DNA from: Octopus sinensis
Taxonomy: Eukaryota
Length of the DNA stretch: 64,000 nt
Assembly (NCBI RefSeq): GCF_006345805.1
Contig: NC_042998.1
Coordinates: forward strand, 205,778,001-205,842,000
Direction of reading: 5' to 3'
Shown here piece by piece: positions 22,887 to 36,194 of the stretch. Under the pieces are notes generated by a model, which did not search any database, was not told the DNA's origin, and was given only the letters and a program-made list of their open reading frames with translations. A program made the translations under genes and the position numbers. Every line of letters starts with the position of its first letter. Position 1 is the stretch's first letter.

Positions 22887-25114
22887 CAGGGTGTTCAAAC
22901 TAAATTCGACAATTTTATTTGTCTTTTTTTTTTCAGAAAGAGCTTGGTATATTGGTGAACAGTTAACAGCAGAGATCATGAAGATTGAAGTTGTAGTCGA
23001 GGAAAAGTTAGTTGTCATGGAGGACTGGAAGCCATTTGAATATTGGAAAATAGTAGCCTGTATCAGGATTCATGCTGGGTGTCAAAATGCTGACATCATG
23101 ACTGCTGCTCAAGGCTCTGTGAATGCTGTAAAGGTTAAGACATAACATGAAAATCAAGTTCCCCTAAAACTATGATGGTTTTTTTGGGTGTGTCTCCAAT
23201 GACACACAACATCTTTGAACATGGCTGTGGCTCAATTCAGATGGTTATGTGAAGCTGCTAGAGACTGTGGTCAAACCCTAGCTGGAGAGGGTTGCCACTG
23301 GAAGGTCATATGTGTGGTGGCATGATCCAGTGCCTTGTCATATCACTAGAAAGAGTCAGAAGTTATTGTCAGAGAACATCCATGACTTCAGCCTCAATTT
23401 CTGGTTTCCTAATTCCCCTGGTTGTATGGGACCGTGGTTGAGAAAGACACCAATTGCTGTGTCTGCAATGCCAAGGCCAAGCTGGGGCCAAGATCAAGGA
23501 GAGGTTCAAAGATCTTCCAAAGGAAGAACGCATGCACCAGGTTCTGGAGTGGTCTTGGGACCATGTTGGAAGCTGAGGTTTGCTTCTTTGAATAAACTGT
23601 TATCCCCCAACCATTATCATCATCATCGTTTAACGTCCACTTTCCAGGCTAGCATGGGTTGGACGATTTGACTGAGGTCTGGTGAACCAGATGGCTGCAC
23701 CAGGCTCCAATCTTGATCTGATGATATTATTTTGAGGTTTTAAAATACTTTTATTTTTGGATGGAATATTGTTTTCTTTTCCTTTTATGCAAACTATTGG
23801 GTTGGCAACTAAGTTCCTGCCGTTTTTTTAAATTTTGGCATTTACTGCATTTTGAAATTTTGGAATTTATTTTTTTCAAGAATTCTATTTTTGAATCATT
23901 TTGGAATCTATTTTGTTTTTTTTTTCTAGTTAATTTTAATTTTTGCTTATTTTCAGATCATTAAAATGGAATGTAAAGTTAAGAAAAATGAGCATTTTCA
24001 ACACCTCCTTCTTTTTGCTTTTAATCAAGGTTCTAAGGCCACAAAAGATGCTCGTGACATTTGTGCTGTGTTTTGGAGAGGGTGCCATAGCTGAAAGAAC
24101 TGCTCATGATTGGTGTGCCATGTTCAAAAATGGAAATTTTTACCTCAAACATGCACCTCGTTATGGCAGTTGAGTTGAGTTCGATGAAGAGTGATTAAAC
24201 CAACTTTTGCACAAAAATTCTCGTCAAACGACAAGGGAACTGGCAGAGAAAATGGAATGCTCCCACACTGCTATAGAGAAGCATCTTCACTCGATGGGAA
24301 AGTTTCAGAAGTATGGAGCATGGGTTCCGCATGCTTTAAGTGACAACAACAAAAATCAACGAGCCAGAATCTCCGCTGGTTTGCTTCCTCGTCACCGCTC
24401 AACTCATGGACACAAGCAACGATTTCTTTATCAAATCATTACTGGTGACAGAAAACGGTGCCTGTACATCCATATGAAGCAGCGTAAGGAATGGCTTAGC
24501 CCCAGTAAACAAGCGACACCGCACATGAAACAAGATCTTCATCCGCATAAACCGATGTTGTGCATATGGTGGGACTGGGAAGGGATTATCCATTACGAAT
24601 TGCTTGAATGGAACCAAACGGTCAACATGGAACTCTATGTTCAACACATGGAATAACTCAACATGGCTTATTCAAGAGAAAAGACCTAATCGGCGGCATG
24701 GAGTTCTTCTGCTGCATGACAACCCCCATGCTCATATCACCAATATGACCAAGGAAGCCATTCAAACACATGGCTGGGAAGTGCTACCACACCCACTGTA
24801 CTCTCCTGATTTGGCACCAATGGATTTCCACCTCTTTCGATCTCTTTCAAATGCTATGTGTGGAGTTTCATTCAATACTGATGCAGAATTGAGAGCTTGG
24901 TTGGATAAATTTTTCAAGCCGAAATTGGAGGATTTCTACCAACAAGATATTGAAAATCTTGTCAAACGTTGGGAAGAAGTTGTAAACAACAAGGGTGAAT
25001 ACATTATTGATTAATTAGTTGTTATTTTTTATTAAACCTTTTAAAAAAATTTTATTTAAAAAATGGTGGGAACTTAGTTGCCAACCCAAAATCAAATTTA
25101 GCCTAGAGGCCCTG
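22887..25114 (+). mobile_element. Degenerate Tc1/mariner element of maT/DD37D type, hosting an RTE tail and a mariner
   Basis: Left end TA|CAGGGTGTTCAAACTAAATTCGAC; degenerate right TIR ..ATCAAATTTAGCCTAGAGGCCCTG|TA (18/26 match). Remnant peptides: YVWWHDPVPCHITRKSQKLLSENIHDF and FWFPNSP. Confidence 0.65.
23797..25089 (+). mobile_element. mariner (DD34D) transposon, full span, pseudogenized transposase (~23966-25014)
   Basis: TIR TTGGGTTGGCAACTAAGTTCC at both ends; left TA present, right TA reads AA. Motifs WVPHAL, ITGD, LLHDN and HPLYSPDLAPMDFHLF are spread over several frames. Confidence 0.93.
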
Positions 25115-25269
25115 TACATGGCAATGAGATTTGTGTGGCATTTATTCTTTTCTGAATAATTGTAGCAGAATAAATAAAGTGAATTAGTTTCAGCTGGGGA
25201 TCAGAAGGTGATGAACATTTAAGAAAACAGTTTTGGAAGCAATAAGGAAGTGGAAGAAAGCACCAGGTA

Positions 25270-25575
25270 GATGCAAGTATGGCTGTGTGGTAAAAAAATT
25301 TGCTTCCCAACCACATGGTTTTGGGTTCAACCCCACTGTGTGGTACCTTAGACAAGTGCCTTCTATTATAGCCTCAGGGCAACCACTGTCTTGGGAGTGG
25401 ATTTGGTGGATGGAAAAGAAGTCTGTCGTGTGTGCACGTGTCTTTGCCCCCTCCCCCATCGTTTGGCAACTGGTGTCGATAGGTTTAGTTTTGCAAAAGG
25501 GATCGATAAAAAAAAAAGATACCAGGCTTCATGACCATAGTCTAACTGAAACAAGATAAAAAAATAAAAAAGAAA
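25270..25575 (+). mobile_element. SINE family A, degenerate
   Basis: GGCTGTGTGGTAA head, GGTTCAACCCC and GTAAAA-type tail. Confidence 0.75.
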
Positions 25576-25604
25576 AGCATTAAATATTTTTCTGGCTCAT
25601 TTAT

Positions 25605-26403
25605 AAATAGATTAAAAAAAAGGTTTATTGCGCACGTTTTCTTACAGATTTACATTTGTAAACACTGCTTAATTATTCAGAAATTCACAGAAACCTTTTC
25701 CATAATCACTAAAAAAAAGATAATAATAATAATAATAATAACAACAGGTATAATTGATGCTTTTAACCTTGATTTTCTGTCAGTGTCCAAAATTGTTCCC
25801 TTCATATACCAATTTATATATTACGAAACAAAACACACGAACAGAACCCTTGTCTCAAAAACCTGGTATAATTCAATCTCCCCAGTCTCGATTCCATTGT
25901 CAATATTTCCAGACATAAATAGTTATGAAAGCAGTAGAAAACCTTACATCATTAAATCCTTTTTTGGTTTCTATCAACATTTCAACATTCACTCAGGGGT
26001 GATGGATTTTCGTTTTGCTTTTTTTTTTTTTTTTGCTTTTTTTCTGAGACTCATTTCATATTAGTTTTGAAAGTGTCAGTAAAAATGTAGAAGATAAAAA
26101 TAATCAATGAAATGGTATTATTTTCATTGTATGTTGACTTTTAGATAAGTCATCCCATAGTATCATCATTAGACCAGAAAGCTGATATAACAACAAAGGA
26201 TAAGCTTTTCAAATTCCCAGTCAAACTATTAATCCAAATGCACAGTGTGGGTTGATATTATCGTCACAACCAGATTGTTTGTGAAAAACAAACAAAGTAG
26301 AGAATGTTCATTTGACTGAGCTGGGAAGACGACAAGCTAAGAAAACGTTGAAGAAGATCATGACTGAAGACATTTAAACGCTATTAAGGAAAATGGAAAT
26401 TAT

Positions 26404-26436
<33 letters not shown>

Positions 26437-26776
26437 AGCAAAAAATATATTTGTTATACATATATATAATGCAAAAAATATATATATATTCAATATATAT
26501 TTATGTAATTATATATATATAAATATATATATAAGCGAAAAAAAAGTAAATAAGTAAGGGGAGACTCTCTCCGTACACCCCCACCACTTAATGCATCACC
26601 TTTCAGCAGTCGGTAAAGGTTTCCTATGTAGTAACAAAAATGAAAAAGAAGAAGAAAAAGACCCTAGCACCAATAAAAATAAGAAAATTAATACTTTAAT
26701 TATGGAACAGAGTTAAAATCCCACATTTTTTTCCACTATACAGACTGAAAGGTACAAGATGCAGTGTGTGTGTGTG

Positions 26777-26813
<37 letters not shown>

Positions 26814-28275
26814 TCTCTAATATGTTAGTTTTACTGGCTTTTTATCTTTCATCTTCAGTACAATCTGTGTTGAGACTTACCAAATTTAAAATCTAAATTC
26901 TTTAAACTTATAAAGTAAATATAGAAATTCTTTACAAGATTGCAATTACAAAAAACCCAAAACAGAAAATAAATGAAACTATTAAAAAAAAATTAGAAAA
27001 AAGGAAATGACTAAAGACTAATCGATTTTTTTTTACATTTGTCAAGGGAGAAACACTAAATGGAGAAGAAACAAACAGCAAAAAATGGCAATTTTCAGAA
27101 AATATCAGAAAAGAAACAGAATGAAATGTTTTCGAATGGAGGATGTTTTAGTGAATTGAAAACATGGAATTGGTGAACCAAACAAATTCAGGAGAGGAAA
27201 TGAATTAAATATCTAATGGAAATATAAACAATAAAAGAAATTTCAAATCCAATTGAATACTAATCTTGTTAGTTAATTTTTTAATTTAAAAATATAACTT
27301 TTGTTAAGGAAGACAAATTAGCTAAACTGACATGCAGAGAGAGAGAGAGAGGGGGAGATTGAGGCAGGGGTACATATGGTGGTGAGTCTCTCTCTCTCTC
27401 TCTCTCTCTCTCACACTAGAGCTAAAATAAAACTTGGCTTTCAATGTTTCTCAGAGAAAACGCTGTTAGTTCAAAGCATTGTATAGGATTATTAGAGAAG
27501 TTTAACAAGGTAAAATGCTAATCAGCAGTTTAGAACAGAAACTGAATTTTAACTCAACTAAGAACTTTGTAAGTGGAACGAAAAATAAGGATAAGTACTA
27601 AAGAGAAAAAAAAACATTATTAAAAAGAATGGAATAACATATCTTACTGTTGACCATTTTCTCACAGATTTTGACTTGCAAACAAAAGTGAATGCCAGCA
27701 TTAGACAAGGGAATTGAACACATCTCAAACATCCAATCTTATTTCTGTAGTCATGTTGATTCTTTAAAAGTGGGTAAATGGCTAATAATGTAGACAGGAG
27801 GATGGGGGGGTGGGGGTATCAAGTGGTTCTTAAAATGTGGCAACAGTTCATGAATAGAAAAGTTCATATAGAGCATCATTGTTTTCATTAAGATAATAAT
27901 AATTATTATTAATTATCATTAATATTGTTGTTCATATTATTAACAGTTGTAACCCGCTAGTTAATGTCCCTCTCAGATATATGAGTTACTCCCAGTTTTT
28001 GGTTATGTACAGAGAAAAAGGTAAACTAAGGGCAAAGAAAACAAAAGAAATGGTGAATAACAAACACCATCTTGCTCCCTTTTAAATGGACTGGAGTTCG
28101 TTGAGTGTTTGTTTGTATTCCTCATAATTATTTTTCTTTTTTTAATGGTTACAGATAGGACAGTATCATCTGGAGTGTACTCAAGAGTACAGAAGTCACT
28201 GTGATGTAATGTGGTTGTTGTTGTTGTTGTCAGCTGGTTGTTGTTGTTGGGGTTGTTGCTTCCCTGTTAAACACT
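25605..28275 (-). other. GOLPH3: Probable GOLPH3 3' UTR (~2.7 kb)
   Basis: Contiguous with the stop codon, AT-rich, contains simple repeats but no recognizable transposon, and ends near the AATAAA. Inferred; no transcript data. Confidence 0.55.
25624..25629 (-). promoter_or_regulatory. Candidate GOLPH3 polyadenylation signal AATAAA
   Basis: The only AATAAA I found on the minus strand between the stop codon and the next transposon. It is followed by U-rich sequence and sits at the edge of the TE-free block. Confidence 0.5.
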
Positions 28276-28731
<456 letters not shown>

Positions 28732-29229
28732 TTAAAGTCAAAATAAAAACTAATAACAATAATAATAAAGTTACAAAGCAAATGACAGTAACTAAAGGAA
28801 ATTAATAAACCCTTTTCCAAGCTGACACAATTTGGGTGGGTTTTCCAAGTTACTAAATAGATAGAATAACCACATTTTGCTTGGACATTCCCATTTTGGT
28901 ATTGTTTCTACACTTCAATGTTCTTCCTATCACCAAACACTTTACAGAGTCTACTGGGTGGTATTATGGTACCAGCACTAGTGAGGTCTGCCTGATGAAA
29001 GGTTACTTAAGGTTCAACAATGACTAAAACTTCCTAAAACCACAAGATGAGTAAAATTATTACAATTTTAAGACCCAACACGAATTCATGGAGCCATACT
29101 GCCAAAATCAGGTGTGTTTAAAGTAGATAATTATGATGATCATGATGATAAGGCTGTAAAATTTTAACTAAGATGTCGATATATATTATAAAAGGACTCT
29201 TCATGTAGTTGAAACTATAGGAAAACTAA

Positions 29230-29660
29230 ATCTGGATTTACTAATGTTCACAATGTTGATGTTAACAACACTGAAATATGAAAACAATGTTGGCACTTGT
29301 GTAGAAAGCTGCCTTTCATTGCAACATTGATATTGTTCTGTGTATTTAACACAACTATTCAGGTGAAGTAAACTTTGAAGAGACACGTTCCAGCTACATT
29401 TTCTTTCGGAAAGAGAACAATGAAATGAGAGTAAAGAATCCAAGGAATTGGGTTTATTGTTAAGAGCAAGATTGCTCAAGACCTTCAACTAATTCTAATT
29501 GTCATCAATGAACAAATTATGATTTTGCTTGCACCATTATTTCAGCAGAATTGCATTGTACTCAGCTTATGTTCCAACAATATGTGTTGATAAAAATGTG
29601 TAAAAATCAAAATTTTATCAACAACTGAGCAACGCCATTTTGAAAGTTCCAACAAGAGAC
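29230..29660 (+). mobile_element. Old RTE (BovB-like) AP endonuclease fragment
   Basis: Frameshifted remnants GEVNFEETRSSY.FF, GFIVKSKIAQDL, INEQIMIL.AP, SAYVPT and FYQQLSNAILKV resemble an RTE endonuclease. Confidence 0.55.
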
Positions 29661-30985
29661 AAACTTTGACTCTCAGATTTCAACGTTAAGACAAAGAAGA
29701 AACAATCAGCAAAGGGAAGACATCATTAAGATGTTGGGTGTCTGTTCGTTGACTCCTATTCAGAAGGCTCCCTTTTCGTTACTAACATCCACTTGCAACT
29801 CCTCAACTGATTTAAGAGACATGGATGCCTCTGTACCCCTGCTCTACACACGGGCACTTTCTCTACTATGCTAACAACAAAACCAAGAAGATATTCTCAT
29901 GACCAGAACACCGCCTAGAGTTGATGACTGCCAGACCATCTTGTGATCATATACACAGAGTACCAGTCAAAGTCAACCAAGAAACCAACAGTCAGAAACA
30001 ATCTCAGAAAATTAACGTCCCAAAACTTGAGACTAATTTCAATTTCACCCCCCCCCCCCCACTAACAATCACTTTCTCGAAGAATAGTCACCAGTCTAAA
30101 ACATCATCTCTGAGAGTGTAAAAAGTGTAACTGGTTTCATCAAAAAGAGAACCAAAGTCAGTTTGACAACAATAACTAGCTCGTCAATGAAAGGTGATAA
30201 GATTACATGTCACACAAACAGAACCCTACATCAAGACTGAAAAAGACTGACTATGAAAAACTGAAACTCAGAAAAATACAGAACATCTGAAAGTTAAACA
30301 GAAAGTGACAAAACTTCAAAACTTTGGAGATGCTTGTGTGATCAGAGAAACTTCGCTAGAATGAAGCAAATGTCAGGCCCAACATGTATACATTCATATG
30401 CTCATACTCACATGTAGATATATATATATATATGCACATGTGTGCCTGAGTGTATACACATAGATATATACACATGCATTCTTCTAGTGACTGAGGTGAA
30501 AGTATGACTTTGCAGCTGCAGCATGGGCAAAAGGCTCAGATTTAAATCCAGGATCAGCCAATCCTCCATCACTAACCAAATTTTGTTATACATTTCATTA
30601 TACTTGCACAAATGGTTAGGTCTTTTCTAGGGGCAGAGACTGTACAGAAAATATGAACAAAGTAACAACCACCTCACCCTACAACCTGATCCCAGATGTA
30701 ACTGCTCCATTATCACCATTACACACGTGTAGATATATGCTGTGTGCATGTATGTTTATATATTATCCTTTAACAAGAATAGTTTTGACAGTGACTTCAA
30801 AACTTGGCCAGCCAAGCCATCACAAGACTGTCTGAAACTTCAAAATCACTGTCAAAACTATTCTTGTTCATGAATAACAGATTTGTACTCTACAAAATGT
30901 ATTGAGTAATCCTTCAGTTTCATGTAAGATTGTTTTTATGATAACATAAAAATAAACATACATACAGACATACATACATATATAT

Positions 30986-31186
30986 AGTGAGCTGGCAGAA
31001 ACATTAGCACGTGGGGCAAAATGCTTAGTAGTATTTCGTTTGTCTTTACATTCTGAGTTCAAATTCTGCCAAGGTCGACTTATCGTTTCAGGATCGATAA
31101 ATTATGTACCAGTTGCATACTGGGGGTTGATTTAAATGACTGGCCCCCTCCCCAAAAATTTCGGACCTTGTGCCTAGAGTAGAAAA
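30986..31186 (+). mobile_element. SINE, second family (B)
   Basis: GTGAGCTGGCAGAAAC head, GAGTTCAAATTCTGCC B-box-like motif, GTACCAGTTGCATACTGGGG stem and TGTGCCTAGAGTAGAAA end; distinct from family A. Confidence 0.7.
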
Positions 31187-31459
31187 GTACATATATATAT
31201 ATACACACACACACACACAAGGTCTTGGACCAATGCCACATAAAAAGCATTCGTAGTGGAGCCATGTAAAAGCACCCAGCACATACCATAAAGCAGTTGG
31301 CATGAAGAAAGTGATCCAACCATAGAAACCATGCTAGCATGGACAACAGATGTTAAATGGTGATGATGATGATATATATATATATATATAATATATATAT
31401 ATATACAAACACATACATACATACATACATACATACATACTACATACATACATACATAC

Positions 31460-31494
<35 letters not shown>

Positions 31495-31499
31495 GATCG

Positions 31500-33350
31500 A
31501 TGCCAGGCCTGTCCGACTGGCTCCTGTGTTGGTGGCATGTAAAAGGCACCCACTACACTCTCAGAGTGGTTGGCATTAGGAAGGGCATCCAGCTATAGAA
31601 ACATTGCCAGATCAGATTGGAGCCTGGTGCAGCCTTCTGGCTCTCCAGTCCCCAGTCAAACCGTCCAACCCATGCCAGCATGGAAAACAGATGTTAAACA
31701 ACGATGATGATGATGATATATATACACACAGGTACCTTTTGAGTGTTGGACCTCACAGAGGCAAAGTGGCTGAGTTCCTTTCGAGTGCTGGGCCTCATGG
31801 AGGCAATGACCAAGACCTCTGGCATTATGTCATGCGTGAAAAGACCTATCAAGCCAAGCAAAATCGCAGTTGTGGCAGATACAGGTGTCATGCAAATGGC
31901 ACCCATTACAGTCTCGGAGTGGTTGGCATTAGGAAGGGCATCCAGCCATAGAAAACCATGCCAAATCAGACTGGAGTCTGGTGCAGCCTTCCAGCTTACC
32001 GACCCTGGTCAAACTCTCCAACCCATGCCAGCATGGACAACGGACATTAAATGATGATGATTATGAGGTACATTAAACATCAGGAATGAACAAAGACTAA
32101 TCTCTCTCAAATGTCAAGGGGGACCCTTAGAAGTAGGAATCAGTTTTCATTACTTAGGTGACCCAAGTTAGTAGTGGGGGAGGTTGTTCCATAAGCATAG
32201 CTGCTAGAATAGGCTGGGTGAGATTCAGAGAGCTACTACACTTTTTTGTAACAAAGGGCCTCTCCCTCAGAGTGAAAGGCAGACTATGATGCCTGTGTAT
32301 GAACAGCTATGTTGCATGGCAGTGAGACATGGACTGACTACTGAGGATATGTGAAGGCTTGAAAGAAATGAAGCCAGCACGGTCTGCTGGATGGGTAATG
32401 TCAGTGTGCATATATGACAGGGTGTAAGCGATTTGAGAGAAAAACTGGGTATACAAGGCATTAGAGTAGTGTGCAAAAGAGAAAATTGTGTTGGTATGGT
32501 CATGTGATGCATATGAATGAAGACAGTTGCATCAGGGGGAGCCATTCTCTAATTGTGGAGGGAATATGTAGAAGAGATAGACCAAGGAAGATGTGGAACA
32601 AAGTGGTGAAAAAAGATTAACAGACATTGGGACTCACAGATGGGATAACAGTACGTAAAAAGCATCCAGTATACTCTAAAGTGGTTGGTGTTAGGAAGGG
32701 TACCCAAGTGTAGAAACCATGCCAAAACAGACAATGAGCCTGAGGAGGTCTTCGGCTGGCCAGTTCCTGTAAAACTGTCCAACCCATGCCAGCATGGAAA
32801 ATGGACGTATGATGACAATGATATGTATGCACACTAATGCATGTAGGTGTGAGTGTATATACATATGTATGTGGATGAAAAGTCAAAAGTTCAAAATCAC
32901 CAAACAACTAATTAACCACCAAAGACTGACACACCTGAATTAATGATGACCACCATTAGTAGCAAAAAACCCCCACTCTCTCTCAGAGTGAAAGGTAGAT
33001 GGTATGACGCCTGTATACAGAAAGCAATACTACATGGTAGTGAAACACGGGCCGTAAGTACAGAGAATGTGAGAAAATTAGAATGAAGTTAGAAGGCTCT
33101 ACGTGATGTGTCCTGTCAGCATGCATACATGGCAAAATACAAATATATTGAGAAGAAATCAGGGCTTAGGGGCCATCAGATGTGGTTCGCAAGAGAAAAG
33201 CCTGCACTGGAATGGTCATGTGATGCATATGGAGGAAGTGCTAATCACGAAATGTGGATTGGACTTATGAAAGAGGAAGATGTGAGATGAGTAGTGGAGA
33301 ATGAGCCTGACGGAAGATTTGACGAAAGACCAAGTTGACTGGTGATTTAC
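31500..33350 (+). mobile_element. Cluster of RTE 3' tails and RT C-terminal fragments
   Basis: Tails ending in (GAT)n near 31715, 32060 and 32820, with intervening degenerate RT ends (..GHVMHMNED..). Confidence 0.75.
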
Positions 33351-34558
33351 TGTGCTAGAAAATCTGTCCACCTGGCAAAAAGGTGGTCCTAAAAACATAT
33401 TGCTTTTTCAATGTCCCCTGCATTCAAACCATCCCCACATTTCATCTTTCCCTAACTACAGTACTTTCTCAGCTACTTTAATTACAATAATCAGAGGAGA
33501 GCAGAGATGCACATGTGCCATTGTCCACACTTTTGTGCCACCAGTTTTCCCTTCCTTGCAGATACTTTCCTATATCACTCACCTCATATTCCCAATATCA
33601 TTGCATATTATTATTGAACTCCATCTATCAGATATTGATCCCCAACTATCACTCTATATTGATTCTCACATATCTCTGCTCTCCACCCACTCCTCCCCAT
33701 ACTCTACCTGTTTCTCATCCATACACTTTTCTTTTTCTTCTTCTTCTTTTTGTAGTCACTCATCAACTCCCCTTCCCTGGCACACTCCCATTTCCTTCAC
33801 CTTTCCCCAAATTGATTTTCACCACTGACCATGTCCCCCTCCCCTCTTTGCCATTCACTACATCACTCGTATCCCTATATTCCTTACTTGTAGGCTATCT
33901 GTCCCCTTCCACCTCATACTCTTTCCCTATCTTCCTCACCTGTTCCCTCCCATACCTTGAAGGTATGTCCCAGCACCTCCTCATCCCTATCATCTTCTAT
34001 CCTTTTTCAGCTGGGGTAACCATGCATCTCCTCTACAGCATGCTTCCCAACCTCATGCTTCTGGGTTCAGTTCCACTGTGCAGCACCTTGGGTGAGTGCC
34101 TTCTATTACAGCCCTGGGCTGACCAAAGCCTTGTGAGTGGATCTGGTTGATGGAAACAAAGAAGCCCATTGCATACAGACATATGCATTCACTCTTGTCC
34201 AGACATCATTTGATGGTAGTCATCATCATCATCATCATCATCCAAATGAGATTATTTCCAGTCTTCCTTGAAAAACACGTGTCTAGCCATGGGAAAACAT
34301 TACCTAGCATGGAAGTGCTTGAGAAAACTTGTCAAACCAGGTGCATTCATATTTGTGGATGTTGCCAGTGTCAGGTAAATGGCACCCATGCTGGTGGCAC
34401 TTAAAAAACAACCATTACACTCTCATTAGGGGTTGGCATTAGGAAGGGCATCCAGCCAGAGAAACCAGGCCAAATCAGACTGAAATTCGGTCCATCTCTC
34501 CAGCAGACGAGTTCCAGTCAAACCATCTAACCCATGCCAGCATGGAAAGCGAGCGTTA

Positions 34559-34951
<393 letters not shown>

Positions 34952-35203
34952 CTAAAAAACAAATAAAATAAATAAAAATGTGACCTGAAAAGGAGTCAGC
35001 TTGTATCTAAATAGAAATAGGATCTATTAGGGATCTACTAAAACAGTGGAGTGACAGAAGCCTTTAAATATGAACATTATTAGAAAATGTATGATTATAA
35101 CACAAGGGTCAAAATATTTACAGCCTACTGTGTAAAGATATTTCATACCAATCCATCCAAGACCACCACTAGTGGTTCCACGATACAAAGTCTTGTGACT
35201 TAA

Positions 35204-35416
35204 CCCTTTAGCATTCAAACTGGCCATATCCAGCCCCAATTTTTTTTTTGTTCTAACTGGTCAGGGGTCCAGGCCCTTACATCTACCCTACATTATCATT
35301 CTAAAAATAAATAATCATATCATTGAAATCTCAAAATTATAGGATAATTCACAATTAATTCAAAGCAATATGAATAAATAAGCATTACATCTGACAATAA
35401 TTTAAATGCAAAAGGG
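35204..35416 (+). mobile_element. TTAA MITE, intact
   Basis: TTAA at 35200-03 and 35417-20; TIR CCCTTTAGCATT / AATGCAAAAGGG. Confidence 0.88.
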
Positions 35417-36194
35417 TTAAAGGATTCCGATGCAAATTCTATGAGATTTAACAAATTTATTTTAAATACTGACTTAATTAGAAAGGTAGTTTACAAAATC
35501 TAAATTGATTATTTTCAAATTAATTTATTAGAAAGATCATCATGAGTTTTAACATTTACAGAGTCAGTCTATTTTGCTATAAAAAGGTTACTTATAATCA
35601 GACAAATCACTGTGTGTTATAAGTTTGTGGAACTGAGTTCAAATCCTCCTCTGGGTGTCATCTATAATTTCTGTGAAGTAATTTGAAGAAAGTTTTCAAA
35701 AGCTTGGTCAGTTTGCCTACATGTCTTTCTTCAATTAATTCTTTGGTTAATTTCCTCCACTTGTTCTTGCAGACACAAATTAATTCAACAATCCTACTTA
35801 TTTTCTTATTAAAGTATATATTAGTGTGTGTTTGTATAAGCAATACAAGATACCAGAAATTTTGACTCCGGTCAGGTATAACAAACTACTCCAGATTCTG
35901 GTTAGAGTACCTGCAAAAAGGAATCAGAACAGGCAAGTTTGTAATGGCATCAAGTTGTATAAGTTATAATAACTCAGATCAAACGATGTGAAAGCATTTA
36001 ATATAGATATTTCAGACCATTGCGTAATAAATAGAAAGAAATACATCCCTTATGCAAGGCCTTCCACAGTTAATACATTTCAAAATATAATTTTTCAATA
36101 TATTTCATCAATCGGATCTTCTGGATTATACTCCTCTGTACTGGTTTGCTAACTGAGTCTATGAAAGCTACATGACTCAATACATACATACATA

